A program made the position numbers and the translations under genes. Under the pieces are notes generated by a model. The model did not search any database and had not been told where the DNA came from. It saw nothing but the letters and a program-made list of their open reading frames with translations. Below are positions 18,390 to 28,706 of a DNA stretch of 64,000 nt, piece after piece. The stretch lies in contig DATGKK010000019.1 of the NCBI GenBank assembly GCA_035294725.1, positions 594 to 64,593 of the forward strand. Reading direction: 5' to 3'. This DNA comes from Acidimicrobiales bacterium. Its GTDB lineage: Bacteria > Actinomycetota > Acidimicrobiia > Acidimicrobiales > Bog-793. Numbering within the stretch: the stretch's first letter is position 1; each line of letters opens with the position of its first letter.

Positions 18390-19352
18390 CTACTCGAGAG
18401 CGGCGAGATACCGCTCGGCGTCGATGGCGGCCATGCAGCCGGAGCCGGCGGCCGTGATGGCCTGGCGGTAGACGTGGTCCTGCACGTCGCCGCAGGCGAA
18501 GACGCCGGGCCGCCCGGTCTTCGTCCCGTCCGTCGTGACGAGGTACCCGGCTTCGTCCATTTCGAGCTGTCCCGCGAACAACTCCGTGCTCGGAGCATGC
18601 CCGATGGCGACGAAGAGCCCCTCCACGGCGAGAGTCCTCTCCTCGCCGGTGTTGACGTCGCGGATCCGCACGCCCTCGACGTGGTCGGCGCCGAGAACGT
18701 CCACCACGACCGAGTCCCAGACGAAGTCGATCGACTCGTTCTTAAAGACCCGGTCCTGCATGATCTTCGAGGCGCGCAGCTCCTTCCGGCGGTGAATGAT
18801 CGTCACCGACTCGCCGAACTTGGTGAGAAAGAGCGCCTCCTCGAGGGCTGAGTCGCCCCCGCCCACAACTGCGATCTTCTTTCCCCGGAAAAAGAAACCG
18901 TCGCAGGTAGCGCACGTCGACACGCCGTAGCCGAGCAGGCGGGCCTCATTCTCGAGCCCGAGCATGAGGGATCGCGCCCCTGTCGAGATCACGAGCGCCC
19001 TCGCTCTCACGTCGGGCTCGGGGGCATCGGGGTCGCACGTCCAGACACCGTAGGGGGCAGCAGAGAGGTCGACCCGGGTCGCCTTTCGTGTGACGATCTC
19101 GGCGCCGAAACGCTCCGCCTGCTCTCGCATGCTCATCATCAGTTGCGGGCCGAGCACACCTGACGGAAAGCCGGGAAAGTTCTCGACCTCGGTCGTGAGC
19201 ATGAGCTGGCCCCCGGGCTGGTCGCTCGTCGACGACGGCTCGCCCTCGATCACGAGCGGCGCGAGGTCGGCCCTCGCCGTGTAGATGGCCGCCGTGAGAC
19301 CGGCCGGGCCTGAGCCCAGGATCACGACGTCACGGATCTCGCCCGGTTGCAT
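18390..19352 (-). CDS. trxB: Thioredoxin-disulfide reductase
   Basis: FAD motif ILGSGPAGLTAAIY, redox centre CATCDG, NADPH motif VVGGGDSALEEA. Confidence 0.95.
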   Translation of the reverse strand: MQPGEIRDVVILGSGPAGLTAAIYTARADLAPLVIEGEPSSTSDQPGGQLMLTTEVENFPGFPSGVLGPQLMMSMREQAERFGAEIVTRKATRVDLSAAPYGVWTCDPDAPEPDVRARALVISTGARSLMLGLENEARLLGYGVSTCATCDGFFFRGKKIAVVGGGDSALEEALFLTKFGESVTIIHRRKELRASKIMQDRVFKNESIDFVWDSVVVDVLGADHVEGVRIRDVNTGEERTLAVEGLFVAIGHAPSTELFAGQLEMDEAGYLVTTDGTKTGRPGVFACGDVQDHVYRQAITAAGSGCMAAIDAERYLAALE

Positions 19353-19378
19353 CTCTGCTGTGCCTTCCCGTCGCGCTC

Positions 19379-19795
19379 TCAGGAGCGGGAGCGACTCTTA
19401 CGAGAGAGGAACAGTGCTGCGAGCCAGAAGATTCCAGCCACGACGAAGTAGCTGGCCCACACCCGGGTGGTGAAGACGGGCACCTCCGTCGTGAGCACGC
19501 GGATCGCGAAGATCGCGAACAGGACGGCGACCGTCGTGCCGATGAAAAGAGCGACGAGGCCGAAGATGAGGTAGCGAACGGCCCTCACCACGGGGCGCAC
19601 CGTCTTGTCGCGAACCAGCGAGACGACCTCTTCTACCTTGCGGGTGGTCGCGACCGCCCAGTCGTGGTCGATGCTAAGTGGCTTCGAGGGAGCGTCCTCC
19701 CTGCTGTCGCTTCCCGGGTTCGCAGTTCCCGGCAGGCCGAAGCTGGCACCGCGGGCAGTGCCGTCGGTGCGCTCGCGTGCCGGCTCGGGAGGCAT
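19379..19795 (-). CDS. Small membrane protein, two predicted TM helices, function unknown
   Basis: 138-aa ORF with hydrophobic spans YLIFGLVALFIGTTVAVLFAIFAI and ASYFVVAGIFWLAALFL. High GC3, and sits between DegV and trxB. Confidence 0.55.
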   Translation of the reverse strand: MPPEPARERTDGTARGASFGLPGTANPGSDSREDAPSKPLSIDHDWAVATTRKVEEVVSLVRDKTVRPVVRAVRYLIFGLVALFIGTTVAVLFAIFAIRVLTTEVPVFTTRVWASYFVVAGIFWLAALFLSRKSRSRS

Positions 19796-19824
19796 GCGGG
19801 CAGGTTAGTGGCCGCGCGCCCGCG

Positions 19825-20673
19825 CTACTTACCCGACGCGAGCTCGTAGCAGACGCCGACCGCGCCTGGTCCGGAATGGGTGCCGATCACGGGGCCGATG
19901 TAGGTCACGAGGATCTTGTCGCGATCGAAGTCCCGAGCCAGCAGGGAGACGAGCGTGTCGACGTCAGGCGCCGCAGCGTGCATGACGGCGAGGCGGGCCA
20001 GAGGCCCTGCCTGGCTCACCTTGTCGGCCAGGTACTCGAGGGAGCGGGTTCGCGTGCGCTGGCGAGATTCCGGCTCGACGACGCCGTCGCGGATCTCGAT
20101 GACCGGCTTGATCGACAGCAGCGAGCCGAGGAAGGCCTGCGCCCCGCCGATCCGCCCCCCTTTGCGCAGGTTGTCGAGCGTGTCGAAGGTGCCGTAGACG
20201 TGGCTGTTCGCGAGCGTCGTGCGAACGGCCTGCTCGACTTCCTCGAGAGATGCCCCGCTCTCGGCGGCCTCGAGCCCCGAGATCACACCGAGCCCCTCAC
20301 CCATGGTCACCGAGAGGGAGTCGACGACGCTCACCGGGATCTCGCCGGCGACGGCATCGGCGGCCGTAGCCGCAGACTGGTAGGTGGCGGAGAGCTTGGA
20401 GGACAACGTCACGCAGACAATCCCGTCGGCCCCGTCGTCACGCGCGGCGAGGAAGGCCTCTTGGAAAGCCCCGGGCGAGGGAGCCGAGGTCTCGGGTAGG
20501 ACGTCGGCCTTCGAGCACTGCAGCCAGAACTCCTCGGGCGACCACTGCCGCGTCACCTCGGGCCCGATGTCGCCGAGGCGGACATCGAGGTGCACGAGCG
20601 CGACACCGCGCGCCGCCATCTCTCTCGGGTCGAGGTCGGCTGCGCTGTCGGTGACCAGTCGGACTCCGGGCAT
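19825..20673 (-). CDS. DegV-family fatty-acid-binding protein
   Basis: VRLVTDSAADL, TSAPSPGAF, LSSKLSATYQSA, LRKGGRIGGAQA, LSIKPVI. ATG at 20673 is preceded by GGAAGGGAG. The longer ORF-track start (20790) would overlap murJ. Confidence 0.87.
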   Translation of the reverse strand: MPGVRLVTDSAADLDPREMAARGVALVHLDVRLGDIGPEVTRQWSPEEFWLQCSKADVLPETSAPSPGAFQEAFLAARDDGADGIVCVTLSSKLSATYQSAATAADAVAGEIPVSVVDSLSVTMGEGLGVISGLEAAESGASLEEVEQAVRTTLANSHVYGTFDTLDNLRKGGRIGGAQAFLGSLLSIKPVIEIRDGVVEPESRQRTRTRSLEYLADKVSQAGPLARLAVMHAAAPDVDTLVSLLARDFDRDKILVTYIGPVIGTHSGPGAVGVCYELASGK

Positions 20674-20692
20674 CTCGCTCCCTTCCGGCGGC

Positions 20693-22735
20693 TCAGGCCG
20701 CGCGCTTCGCAGTCTGCCAGCCCTTTGCCATGCCGGCCAGCGCCGCGCCGCCTCCGTACACTGCGGCCCCGACGACCACGCCAACGACAACTCGTTCGAG
20801 GAGGCCGAGCCCGCTCGCCGATCCGACCCCGGCAGCGACGAGGGCGACGCACAGCGCCATCAGGATCGAGAGGCCGAACGATCGCACGACGAAACGGCGG
20901 ACCGGCGCCCCGCCGAGTCCCCCCATCTTGCGCCGGGCGACGCCAAGTGCGACGAGCGCGCCGACCGAGTATGCGATCGAGAGCGAGAGCGCAAGTCCCT
21001 GCGGTCCGATCCGGGGCGTGAGCACGAACAGCAGCACAACGTTGAGCCCGTTCTCGAGCAGGTAGAGGAAGAAGGCCGACCGGGTGTCGCGCATCGACTG
21101 GAGTGCGCGAACGGCAAGGAGATACGTGCAGTAGCCGGGCAGACCGACCGCAAGGAGGGCGAGCATCGACCCCGTGAGGTGCACGCCCGCGGCCCTGGCG
21201 GCTCCGTGCTGGAGGAGGAGCTTCATGATCGGCCCCGCGAGGACGAGGTAGCCCGCCGTCGCCGGCCAGATGCCCGCCATCATGCGCTGCAGGCCGAGGC
21301 CGAATTGGCGAGCCATCCCCTCGCGGTCGCCGCGCGCGAAGCGGTGGGCGAGCTCGGGGGTCACGGCGTTCATCACCGAGACGGAGATCAGCCCGAAGGG
21401 GAGCTGGAAGAAGATGAAGGCGTAGGTGTAGGCGGTCACGGCGCCCCCTGAGGGGTCGATGTGGACAGCGAGGGCGAGGCTGACGAAGAGCGCGATCTGG
21501 TTCGCGACGACGAAGCCGAGGGTCCACCCCGACAGGCGCACGATCTCGCGGACGGCGTCGTCGCGAGGGGCCCAACGGAACCGGAGCCGCAAGCCGCACC
21601 GGAGCGTGCTCGGTACGAGCAACAGAGCCTGGAGCAGCACGCCTGCAGTCGTGCCGAGGCCGAGCAACAGCAGCAGGCCACCGTCATGCGCGACGCTGGC
21701 GAGCGTCGGGTGATGCGCGACGTCGGCGAACTGGAGCAGGACGCCGATCGCGACGAGGTTGTTGAGCATAGGGACGTACGCCGGCAACGTGAAGCGCCGG
21801 ACGCTGTTCAGGACGGCGGTCATGATGGAGATGGCGCCGTAGCCGAGCAGCTGCAGCGCGAACATCCGGAGCAGCTCCGTGGCGACGTTGCGTTCCTGTC
21901 CGATGTGGGCGCTGTGGGTCCCGACCGAGTAGAGGTCGATCACGAGCGGCGCGACGAGGACGAAGAGCGCGGTCGCGACGACGAGCACGACCGCGGCGAG
22001 GCTGACCACGGCGGAGATCGACCGCTCCGCCTCGCCCTCGCTCTCTCGCGTCAGGCGGTCCACGAACAGCGGGACGAAGGTGGCGGCGAGGATGCCGCCG
22101 AGCACCAGGTCGTGGACGATGTTGGGGGTGTTGTTGGCGAGGTTGAACGCGTCCGAGAGCTTGCCGATGCCAAGCGCGTAGGCCGCAACGAGCAGCCTCA
22201 GCAGTCCGGTGACCCGCGAGAGCAGGGTGCCACCCATCATCACCGTCGTCGCCCGCCCGAGACCGGCTCGGCCGCGGGTGAGGCGGGAGAAGGGCTCAGC
22301 CTGCTCCGTCATGGCGCCGCTGGCGCCGGCGGAGCCGCTCTCGGACCGGCGGGCGGGACTGGCGCCAGCCGGCACCCGATCGGAGCCGCCGCCGTCGTGC
22401 GAGCGCTCCTCGGGCGCCGCCCCACCGCCGGGTTGGCGGCGCTCGCGCGTGAAGCGCACCGCCGCCGCGACCGAGTAGGGATCCTTCACGCGTAGCTCGC
22501 GCCCCGCCCGGAGGGTGCTCGACGAGATCGAGCGGCCCGGGAGCGACTCCGGTCGGCTCGCCGGGGCACCGGGGGCGGCACTGACGGATCGAGCCGCTCG
22601 CTCGCCGGGGGTCGACCGGCTCTTCATGCTGTCGGAGCGCGCGAGTGAGTCGACGGCGTAGCCCTCGCCGATCGTGAAGCTGCGCAGCGGCCGGCTGCGG
22701 CGCGACCCCGCCGAGCGCCGGCCGAAGCGCTTCAT
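20693..22735 (-). CDS. murJ: Lipid II flippase MurJ/MviN, with a possible N-terminal extension of about 150 aa
   Basis: The MurJ core begins GRATTVMMGGTLLSRVTGLLRLLVAAYALG and has many TM helices. The ATG at 22735 overlaps the upstream stop (ATGA). An internal ATG (MTEQAEPFS...) is an alternative start. Confidence 0.85.
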   Translation of the reverse strand: MKRFGRRSAGSRRSRPLRSFTIGEGYAVDSLARSDSMKSRSTPGERAARSVSAAPGAPASRPESLPGRSISSSTLRAGRELRVKDPYSVAAAVRFTRERRQPGGGAAPEERSHDGGGSDRVPAGASPARRSESGSAGASGAMTEQAEPFSRLTRGRAGLGRATTVMMGGTLLSRVTGLLRLLVAAYALGIGKLSDAFNLANNTPNIVHDLVLGGILAATFVPLFVDRLTRESEGEAERSISAVVSLAAVVLVVATALFVLVAPLVIDLYSVGTHSAHIGQERNVATELLRMFALQLLGYGAISIMTAVLNSVRRFTLPAYVPMLNNLVAIGVLLQFADVAHHPTLASVAHDGGLLLLLGLGTTAGVLLQALLLVPSTLRCGLRLRFRWAPRDDAVREIVRLSGWTLGFVVANQIALFVSLALAVHIDPSGGAVTAYTYAFIFFQLPFGLISVSVMNAVTPELAHRFARGDREGMARQFGLGLQRMMAGIWPATAGYLVLAGPIMKLLLQHGAARAAGVHLTGSMLALLAVGLPGYCTYLLAVRALQSMRDTRSAFFLYLLENGLNVVLLFVLTPRIGPQGLALSLSIAYSVGALVALGVARRKMGGLGGAPVRRFVVRSFGLSILMALCVALVAAGVGSASGLGLLERVVVGVVVGAAVYGGGAALAGMAKGWQTAKRAA

Positions 22736-25032
22736 GACGACGAGGGTATCGGCGGGGCCGCCCGGCCTCCTCCAGCGGGCGGGCTCGCCGCGGCGGTGCC
22801 CTCGGCGGTGGCTGCCGGCACGGCCGCCCGCGATCTACGGCGTCTCAGTTCCGAGCGCCCCCACCACACGACGAGGAACAGGGCAGCCGCGACCGTGAGC
22901 AGGATTGCGACGCCCGAGATCGCCGTCGACCGGATCTGGAGGCGATCGGCGGTGAGGACCGTCCCGTTCGGAGCTGTGAGCTGGAGGTAGAGGAAGAAGT
23001 CGCCGGACGAGCGGGCGGACAGGTGGATGTCGATCGTGTTGTTGCCCCGCTGCAGCACGACGGCGTAGATGTGACGGCGCAGCGAGACCGTGCTGCTGCA
23101 GCTGCCGGCGATGCCGGGAGGGCAGCCTGACAGCCTGAGGTCGACGGCGAGCGGGGTTGGAGCGCGCGAGGAGACGAGGATCGGGACCTTCGCGCTGAGG
23201 GAGGTGATGGTGATGGTGCGACCGTGGGGGAGCGAGATCTCGCCAGCGGCGCGCCGGAGCCTGCGGCCGGGCGCCCCGAGGTAGGCGGCACGCTCGGGAC
23301 CGGTGAGGCCGACCGTCTCGCCGATGAGCACGAGCCGGTCGAGCGTGACGATGTCCGCCGAGTGAGCCGGGAGGAGGGACTCGAGCGCAGCCAGGTCGAC
23401 CCGGGCTCGGGCGATGGAGCCGGTCGGGAGGCTGTTGGCCTTCAACGTCGCGCCTGGGGTCACGTCTCGGTACAGGATCGGCGAGGCCGTCGCGCCGGGC
23501 GGGATCTCGTCGGAGCCAGGAGGGACCTGGTCGAAGAATTGCGAGAGCGTCACGGACCGGACGACCGGGCTCGAGGAGAGTCCGGCGAGCAGAACTGAGA
23601 GGAAGCTCTGCGACGGTCGCCAGTTGCCCGGCGCGAGGAGCGTCATGCCCCGATTGCCCGGCGGCTGCTCGACGAAGTACACGATGGCGAGGTCGGCGAG
23701 GAGCTGCTCGGCGCGCAGCACCGGGTTGCCGCGCCCGGAGACGTAACGCTCGAGCTCCGCGTCCGAGGCGTCGACGACGGCCGGGCTGCCCTTTACCCGA
23801 AACGGCGCCCAGACAGGGAAGTACCAGGACACCGGCACGGTCGAGACGCTCGTGCTCGGCACGAGCACTTCTCGGACGCCGGCGTTCGTGAGCGCGCCGA
23901 GGGCACCCGGCCCGATCGGCATGGAGGCGACAAAGGGGCGGCGAGTGCTCGGAGCCCCGAGAGCGGCGAGGCTGGCGCGCCCCACGCCGACTTGGGTCGC
24001 CTCCTCTGTGGTGAGGTGCTCACCGGCCATCGCGGCGAGGTCGACCGGTGTGTAGGTGGTCTGCTCGGCCTCGACGTTCGGAAGGCTGACGAGCTGGCGA
24101 AGCGTGGCGAGCGAACGCTGCGCGGCCGAGCGCGCGCGAAGCGCGCTTCGGCTCGCATGCCGGGGAAGGGGGGTGCTCGCGGCGTCGGCGAGGGCATCGG
24201 AGAGCTGCGGGTAGAGCGCGAGCGACAGCGAGCTGTTGGGGTGGGTCGCCATGTCCCCCTCGAGCTGGCTGATCTCGGACTCGTCCGCGGCCGGGACGGT
24301 GGGATCACCCGTCGCGCTCATGGCAGGCGACGCTCCGAGGGGAAGAACGAAGCAAAAGCGCAGCGGCGACACAACCCTTGGGGGCACCACGACGAGGTAG
24401 GTCGTGAACTGGCTCAGCGTTGCGTAGCCGGCACTCGAGTCGAGGAGAGACACCTCGAGGGGATAGACGCCGGCACAGGTGGCCGTGCACGGCAGCGAGA
24501 ACACGGCCCCGTTGCTCGGCGCCTTCTCCGCTGGTCCAGGCACAGCAGGCGGGGCGAGGCGTATGACCATCGCAGCGATCCCGCCCGCCTGCAGGAGGCC
24601 CTTTGTCGTGAGCGGCAGCGACACCGAGTCCCCTTGCACGTAAGAGGTCGGGAACTGGTTCTGGTAGGTCGTCTGCTCGAAGTCGTAGCGGCGGGTGAGC
24701 TCGTTGTAGAGAGTGAGCTGGACCTCGAGCGACGCTGCCGGCACCGTCGAGTCGACCGAGACGTCGAGGTGCATCCCTGCGGTGGTCCGGACCCACGGGG
24801 TCTGGCTCACGAGCGAGATCGAGCCGGTCGGCGCGCTTGCTGCCCCGGCGGCCGGGGCGAGCTCGACTGCGGCAGCCAGCGACCCGATCAAGCCCAGGAG
24901 GCCGGCGAGGAGCGCCCGCGCGCGCCCGCGCGGACGCGGCTCGCGGCGCTTTCGCATCGTGCGCCGCCCGGACGGCCGCTGGAACTGGGGAGACGGCGCC
25001 ATCGTCGGTCTCGTGGCTGCTCTCGGGATCAC
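22732..25032 (-). CDS. Large secreted or membrane-anchored protein, Rv3909-like (possibly Pfam DUF6049, unverified)
   Basis: 766 aa. N-terminal signal/TM LLAGLLGLIGSLAAAVELAPAAGA and C-terminal TM ISGVAILLTVAAALFLVVWW. It lies immediately upstream of murJ, as Rv3909 does in M. tuberculosis. Confidence 0.6.
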   Translation of the reverse strand: MIPRAATRPTMAPSPQFQRPSGRRTMRKRREPRPRGRARALLAGLLGLIGSLAAAVELAPAAGAASAPTGSISLVSQTPWVRTTAGMHLDVSVDSTVPAASLEVQLTLYNELTRRYDFEQTTYQNQFPTSYVQGDSVSLPLTTKGLLQAGGIAAMVIRLAPPAVPGPAEKAPSNGAVFSLPCTATCAGVYPLEVSLLDSSAGYATLSQFTTYLVVVPPRVVSPLRFCFVLPLGASPAMSATGDPTVPAADESEISQLEGDMATHPNSSLSLALYPQLSDALADAASTPLPRHASRSALRARSAAQRSLATLRQLVSLPNVEAEQTTYTPVDLAAMAGEHLTTEEATQVGVGRASLAALGAPSTRRPFVASMPIGPGALGALTNAGVREVLVPSTSVSTVPVSWYFPVWAPFRVKGSPAVVDASDAELERYVSGRGNPVLRAEQLLADLAIVYFVEQPPGNRGMTLLAPGNWRPSQSFLSVLLAGLSSSPVVRSVTLSQFFDQVPPGSDEIPPGATASPILYRDVTPGATLKANSLPTGSIARARVDLAALESLLPAHSADIVTLDRLVLIGETVGLTGPERAAYLGAPGRRLRRAAGEISLPHGRTITITSLSAKVPILVSSRAPTPLAVDLRLSGCPPGIAGSCSSTVSLRRHIYAVVLQRGNNTIDIHLSARSSGDFFLYLQLTAPNGTVLTADRLQIRSTAISGVAILLTVAAALFLVVWWGRSELRRRRSRAAVPAATAEGTAAASPPAGGGRAAPPIPSSS

Positions 25033-25053
25033 CGGAGCCTACTCAGCAGTACC

Positions 25054-26076
25054 GTGACGGAGGTGAGCATCCTCGTCGGGCGCCATGGCACGTTTCTCGA
25101 GCACGAGGCGGGCCGAAACCATCCCGAGCGACCGCAGCGCCTCCTCGCCGTCCTCGCCGGCATCGCTGCCGCCGAGGTCTCCGAGGACGTCGTGGAGTTC
25201 GAGCCACGGCCGGCCACCGTCGACGAGCTGTGCCGGGTGCACGCTCCCGGTTACGTTGACACCCTCCGAGAGTTCTGCCGCACCGGCGGGGGCCGCCTCG
25301 ACCCTGACACCGCGGCCGTCCCGGCCTCGTTCGAGGCGGCGCTGCGCGCGGCGGGAGCCGGCCTTGACGCCGTCGCCCGCCTGCGTGCAGGAGAGGCCGA
25401 TGCCGCATTCCTCGCCGTCCGCCCTCCGGGCCATCATGCGCTGGCGGGGAGCGCCATGGGTTTCTGCCTGTTCAACAACGTGGCGGTGACGGCGGCCGCG
25501 CTCGCGGCGCAAGGGGAGCGGGTCGTCGTCGTGGACTGGGACGCCCACCACGGCAACGGGACCCAGGCGATCTTCTGGGAGGAGCCCCTCGTCCTTTACG
25601 TGTCGCTGCACCAGTACCCCTTCTATCCGGGCACGGGCGCTCTCGACGAGCTCGGAGCAGGAGCGGGGACCGGCACGACGGTCAACATCCCCCTCCCGGG
25701 CGGCGCGACCGGCGATGTCTACCGGCGTGCGTTCGACGAAGTGGTCGTGCCCGTGGCCGAGGCGCACCGGCCGGACTGGGTGCTGATCTCAGCCGGCTTC
25801 GACGCGCATCGCGCCGACCCGCTCACCGACCTCGGGCTGTCGGCGGGGGACTTCGCCGACCTCACCTCCCGTACCGCCGCCCTTGCGCCGACCGGCCGCC
25901 GGATCGCGTTCCTCGAGGGCGGCTATGACCTCGAGGCGCTGCAGCTGTCGGTGCGGGCCTCGGTCGACGCCCTCGGCGGCCACCTCGTGAGACCCGAGCC
26001 GGTCAGTGCACGGGGCCCGTCCGACGACCTCGGCGACCGGGTGGTCGCCGCAGCCGCCCGCCTCCACTCGCGCTGA
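25054..26076 (+). CDS. Histone deacetylase-family (acetoin utilisation/acetylpolyamine-type) deacetylase
   Basis: HPERPQRL, RPPGHHA, DWDAHHGNGTQ, LEGGYD. GTG at 25054. The upstream 350 aa of the ORF-track entry are antisense to the previous gene and are rejected. Confidence 0.85.
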   Translation: MTEVSILVGRHGTFLEHEAGRNHPERPQRLLAVLAGIAAAEVSEDVVEFEPRPATVDELCRVHAPGYVDTLREFCRTGGGRLDPDTAAVPASFEAALRAAGAGLDAVARLRAGEADAAFLAVRPPGHHALAGSAMGFCLFNNVAVTAAALAAQGERVVVVDWDAHHGNGTQAIFWEEPLVLYVSLHQYPFYPGTGALDELGAGAGTGTTVNIPLPGGATGDVYRRAFDEVVVPVAEAHRPDWVLISAGFDAHRADPLTDLGLSAGDFADLTSRTAALAPTGRRIAFLEGGYDLEALQLSVRASVDALGGHLVRPEPVSARGPSDDLGDRVVAAAARLHSR

Positions 26077-26097
26077 GGGGCAGTACCCTCGCGCCCC

Positions 26098-27498
26098 GTG
26101 GTCCCCGAACGGCTGCGGCCCGTCCTCGAGGCGACGGCGCCGGTGGCCGAGCGTTTCGCGGCCGCCTCCAAGCGCCTGTACCTCGTCGGTGGGACCGTTC
26201 GCGACGCGGTCGCCGGTCGGCCCGGCGGCCTGTCCGATGGCGACGAGGTCGACATCGACCTCACCACCGATGCCAGGCCGGACGAGATCGAGTCGATCGT
26301 GGCGCCCGTCGCGAGCGCAGTCTGGGACCAGGGCCGGCGCTTCGGGACGATCGGCGCCCTAGTCGCCGGCCGCCGGCTCGAGATCACGACGCACCGTGCC
26401 GAGGCCTACGACCCAGCATCGCGAAAGCCCGAGGTGGTCTTCGGCAACGACATCACCGAGGACCTGGCCCGCCGCGACTTCACGGTCAACGCGATGGCGC
26501 TCGAGCTCCCGGGGCTCGAGCTCGTCGACCCCTACGGCGGCATCGACGACCTGGCCAACCGCCGGCTCCGGACCCCGCTCGACCCCCGCGTCTCCTTCTC
26601 GGACGACCCGCTGCGGATGATGAGGGCTGCCCGCTTCCTGGCGGGCTACGAGCTGACGCCGGACGAGGCGCTCGTCCACGCTGTCTCGGAGATGCACGAG
26701 CGGCTCTCGATCGTCTCCGCCGAGCGGATACGGGACGAGCTCGACAAGCTCGTTGTCCTCCCCCGACCCTCGGCAGGGCTGTGGTTCCTCGTCCGGACCG
26801 GCCTCGCCGGCGAGTTCCTGCCGGAGCTTCCCGCCCTCGCTCTCGAGCAGGACCCGATCCACCGGCATAAGGACGTGCTCGCCCATACGATCGCCGTCGT
26901 CGAGAAGACGAGCCCCAAGCGCCTCCTGCGCCTTGCCGCCCTCTTCCATGACGTCGGCAAGCCGAAGACCCGCGCGATCGGCCCGAGCGGCGTCAGCTTC
27001 CACCACCACGACGTCGTCGGGGCCCGCATGACGCGGGAGCGGATGAAGGCGCTGCGGTACCCGAGCGACGAGATCGAACAGGTAAGCCGCCTCGTCGAGC
27101 TCCATCTCCGCTTCCACACCTACAAGATGGGGTGGACGGACTCAGCCGTGCGCCGCTATGCCCACGATGCGGGGCCGCTCCTCGATCTGCTGAACGAGCT
27201 CACGCGCTCTGACTGCACGACGCGCAACGAGGCGCGGGCGAAGGCCCTCTCGGCCAGGATGGACGAGCTCGAGCGCCGCCTCGGCGAGCTCCGCGAGAAA
27301 GAGGAGCTCGCGGCGATCCGTCCCGAGCTCGACGGCAATGCCGTCATGCGAGAGCTGGGGCTGAGGCCGGGGCCCGAGGTCGGTCGGGCGCTCGCGTTCC
27401 TCATGGCGATCCGGCTCGAGGAAGGCCTCGTCGGCGAGGAGGAGGCCCGCAGGCGGCTGCACGAGTGGTGGGAGTCGGGCCAGCAGCCGGGCTCCTGA
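26098..27498 (+). CDS. cca: CCA-adding tRNA nucleotidyltransferase / poly(A) polymerase family with HD domain
   Basis: LYLVGGTVRDAVAG, DIDLTT, RDFTVNAMA. HD region HRHKDVLAHT...FHDVGKP. Confidence 0.87.
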   Translation: MVPERLRPVLEATAPVAERFAAASKRLYLVGGTVRDAVAGRPGGLSDGDEVDIDLTTDARPDEIESIVAPVASAVWDQGRRFGTIGALVAGRRLEITTHRAEAYDPASRKPEVVFGNDITEDLARRDFTVNAMALELPGLELVDPYGGIDDLANRRLRTPLDPRVSFSDDPLRMMRAARFLAGYELTPDEALVHAVSEMHERLSIVSAERIRDELDKLVVLPRPSAGLWFLVRTGLAGEFLPELPALALEQDPIHRHKDVLAHTIAVVEKTSPKRLLRLAALFHDVGKPKTRAIGPSGVSFHHHDVVGARMTRERMKALRYPSDEIEQVSRLVELHLRFHTYKMGWTDSAVRRYAHDAGPLLDLLNELTRSDCTTRNEARAKALSARMDELERRLGELREKEELAAIRPELDGNAVMRELGLRPGPEVGRALAFLMAIRLEEGLVGEEEARRRLHEWWESGQQPGS

Positions 27499-27590
27499 TG
27501 CGGTGCCGGCTCGCGACCGGAGAGAGTGCGGCCCCGGCTGGCACAGAGCCCTACCGGGCCGGTCGGCAGCAAAGGGCAGCCGGGGAAGCC

Positions 27591-28706
27591 TCAGGCGGCG
27601 CCGGGCTCTCCGGCGGCGAACCGTTCGACCATCTCACGTGCCTCCTCGTCCCGGTACTGGACGGGGGGTGACTTCATGAAATAGGCCGACGGGCCGTAGA
27701 GCGGGCCGCCGACGTGACGGTCGAGGGCGAGCTTTGCGCAGCGGATGGCGTCGATGATCACGCCAGCCGAGTTCGGCGAGTCCCAGACCTCGAGCTTGAG
27801 CTCCAGGTTGAGCGGGACGTCGCCGAAGTTGCGCCCCTCCATCCGGATGTAGGCCCACTTGCGGTCCTCGAGCCACGGCACGTGGTCGGAAGGACCGATG
27901 TGGACGTTGCGCTCGGCAAGGCCCCGGTCGATCTGGCTCGTCACGGCCTGCGTCTTCGAGATCTTCTTGGACTCGAGCCGGTCGCGCTCGAGCATGTTGC
28001 GGAAGTCCATGTTCCCGCCGACGTTGAGCTGGTAGGTGCGGTCGAGGACCATCCCGCGGTCCTCGAACAGGCGGGTGAGGATCCGGTGGACGATGGTCGA
28101 GCCCACCTGGCTCTTGATGTCGTCGCCGACGATCGGCACGCCGGCCTCCTCGAACCTCTTGGCCCAGGTCGGGTTGCTCGCGATGAAGACGGGGATGGCG
28201 TTCACGAAGGCGACCCGCGCCTCGAGGGCGGCGGCGGCGTAGTGCTGCTGGGCCTCCTCGGAGCCGACCGGGAGGTAGGAGACGAGCACGTCGGCACCGC
28301 AGGCGCGCAGGGCCTCCGCCACGTCGACGGGCTCTGCGGGCGACTCCTCCACCACGTCCCGGTAGTAGCGGCCGAGCCCGTCGAGGGTCGGCCCCCGCAG
28401 CACGGTCACGCCGAGCTCCGGCACCTCGGCGAAGCGGACGGTGTTGTTGTGGCCGGCGAAGATCGCCTTGCCGAGGTCGAGCCCGACCTTGGCGGCGTCG
28501 ACGTCGAAGGCGGCGACGATCTCGACGTCGCCCACGTGGTACCCGCCGAGCACGACGTGCATGAGGCCCGGGACGGGCTCGTTCGGGTCGGCGTCGCGGT
28601 AGTACTCGATCCCCTGCACGAGGGAGCTCGCGCAATTGCCGATGCCAGCGATGGCGACCTTGATGGTGCGGGACTCGGTCATGACCAGCTCCTTGTCAGT
28701 GCTCAC
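27591..28706 (-). CDS. ino1: myo-Inositol-1-phosphate synthase
   Basis: [22 protein letters not shown] and overall length of 371 aa, typical of actinobacterial Ino1. It follows a PadR gene, as Rv0046c follows Rv0047c. Confidence 0.9.
   Translation of the reverse strand: MSTDKELVMTESRTIKVAIAGIGNCASSLVQGIEYYRDADPNEPVPGLMHVVLGGYHVGDVEIVAAFDVDAAKVGLDLGKAIFAGHNNTVRFAEVPELGVTVLRGPTLDGLGRYYRDVVEESPAEPVDVAEALRACGADVLVSYLPVGSEEAQQHYAAAALEARVAFVNAIPVFIASNPTWAKRFEEAGVPIVGDDIKSQVGSTIVHRILTRLFEDRGMVLDRTYQLNVGGNMDFRNMLERDRLESKKISKTQAVTSQIDRGLAERNVHIGPSDHVPWLEDRKWAYIRMEGRNFGDVPLNLELKLEVWDSPNSAGVIIDAIRCAKLALDRHVGGPLYGPSAYFMKSPPVQYRDEEAREMVERFAAGEPGAA

Noticed and set aside
23992-25053. N-terminal 350 aa of the 694-aa plus-strand ORF preceding the deacetylase domain
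   Set aside because: It is antisense to the Rv3909-like gene and Arg/Gly/Glu-rich. The deacetylase homology begins only at the GTG at 25054.
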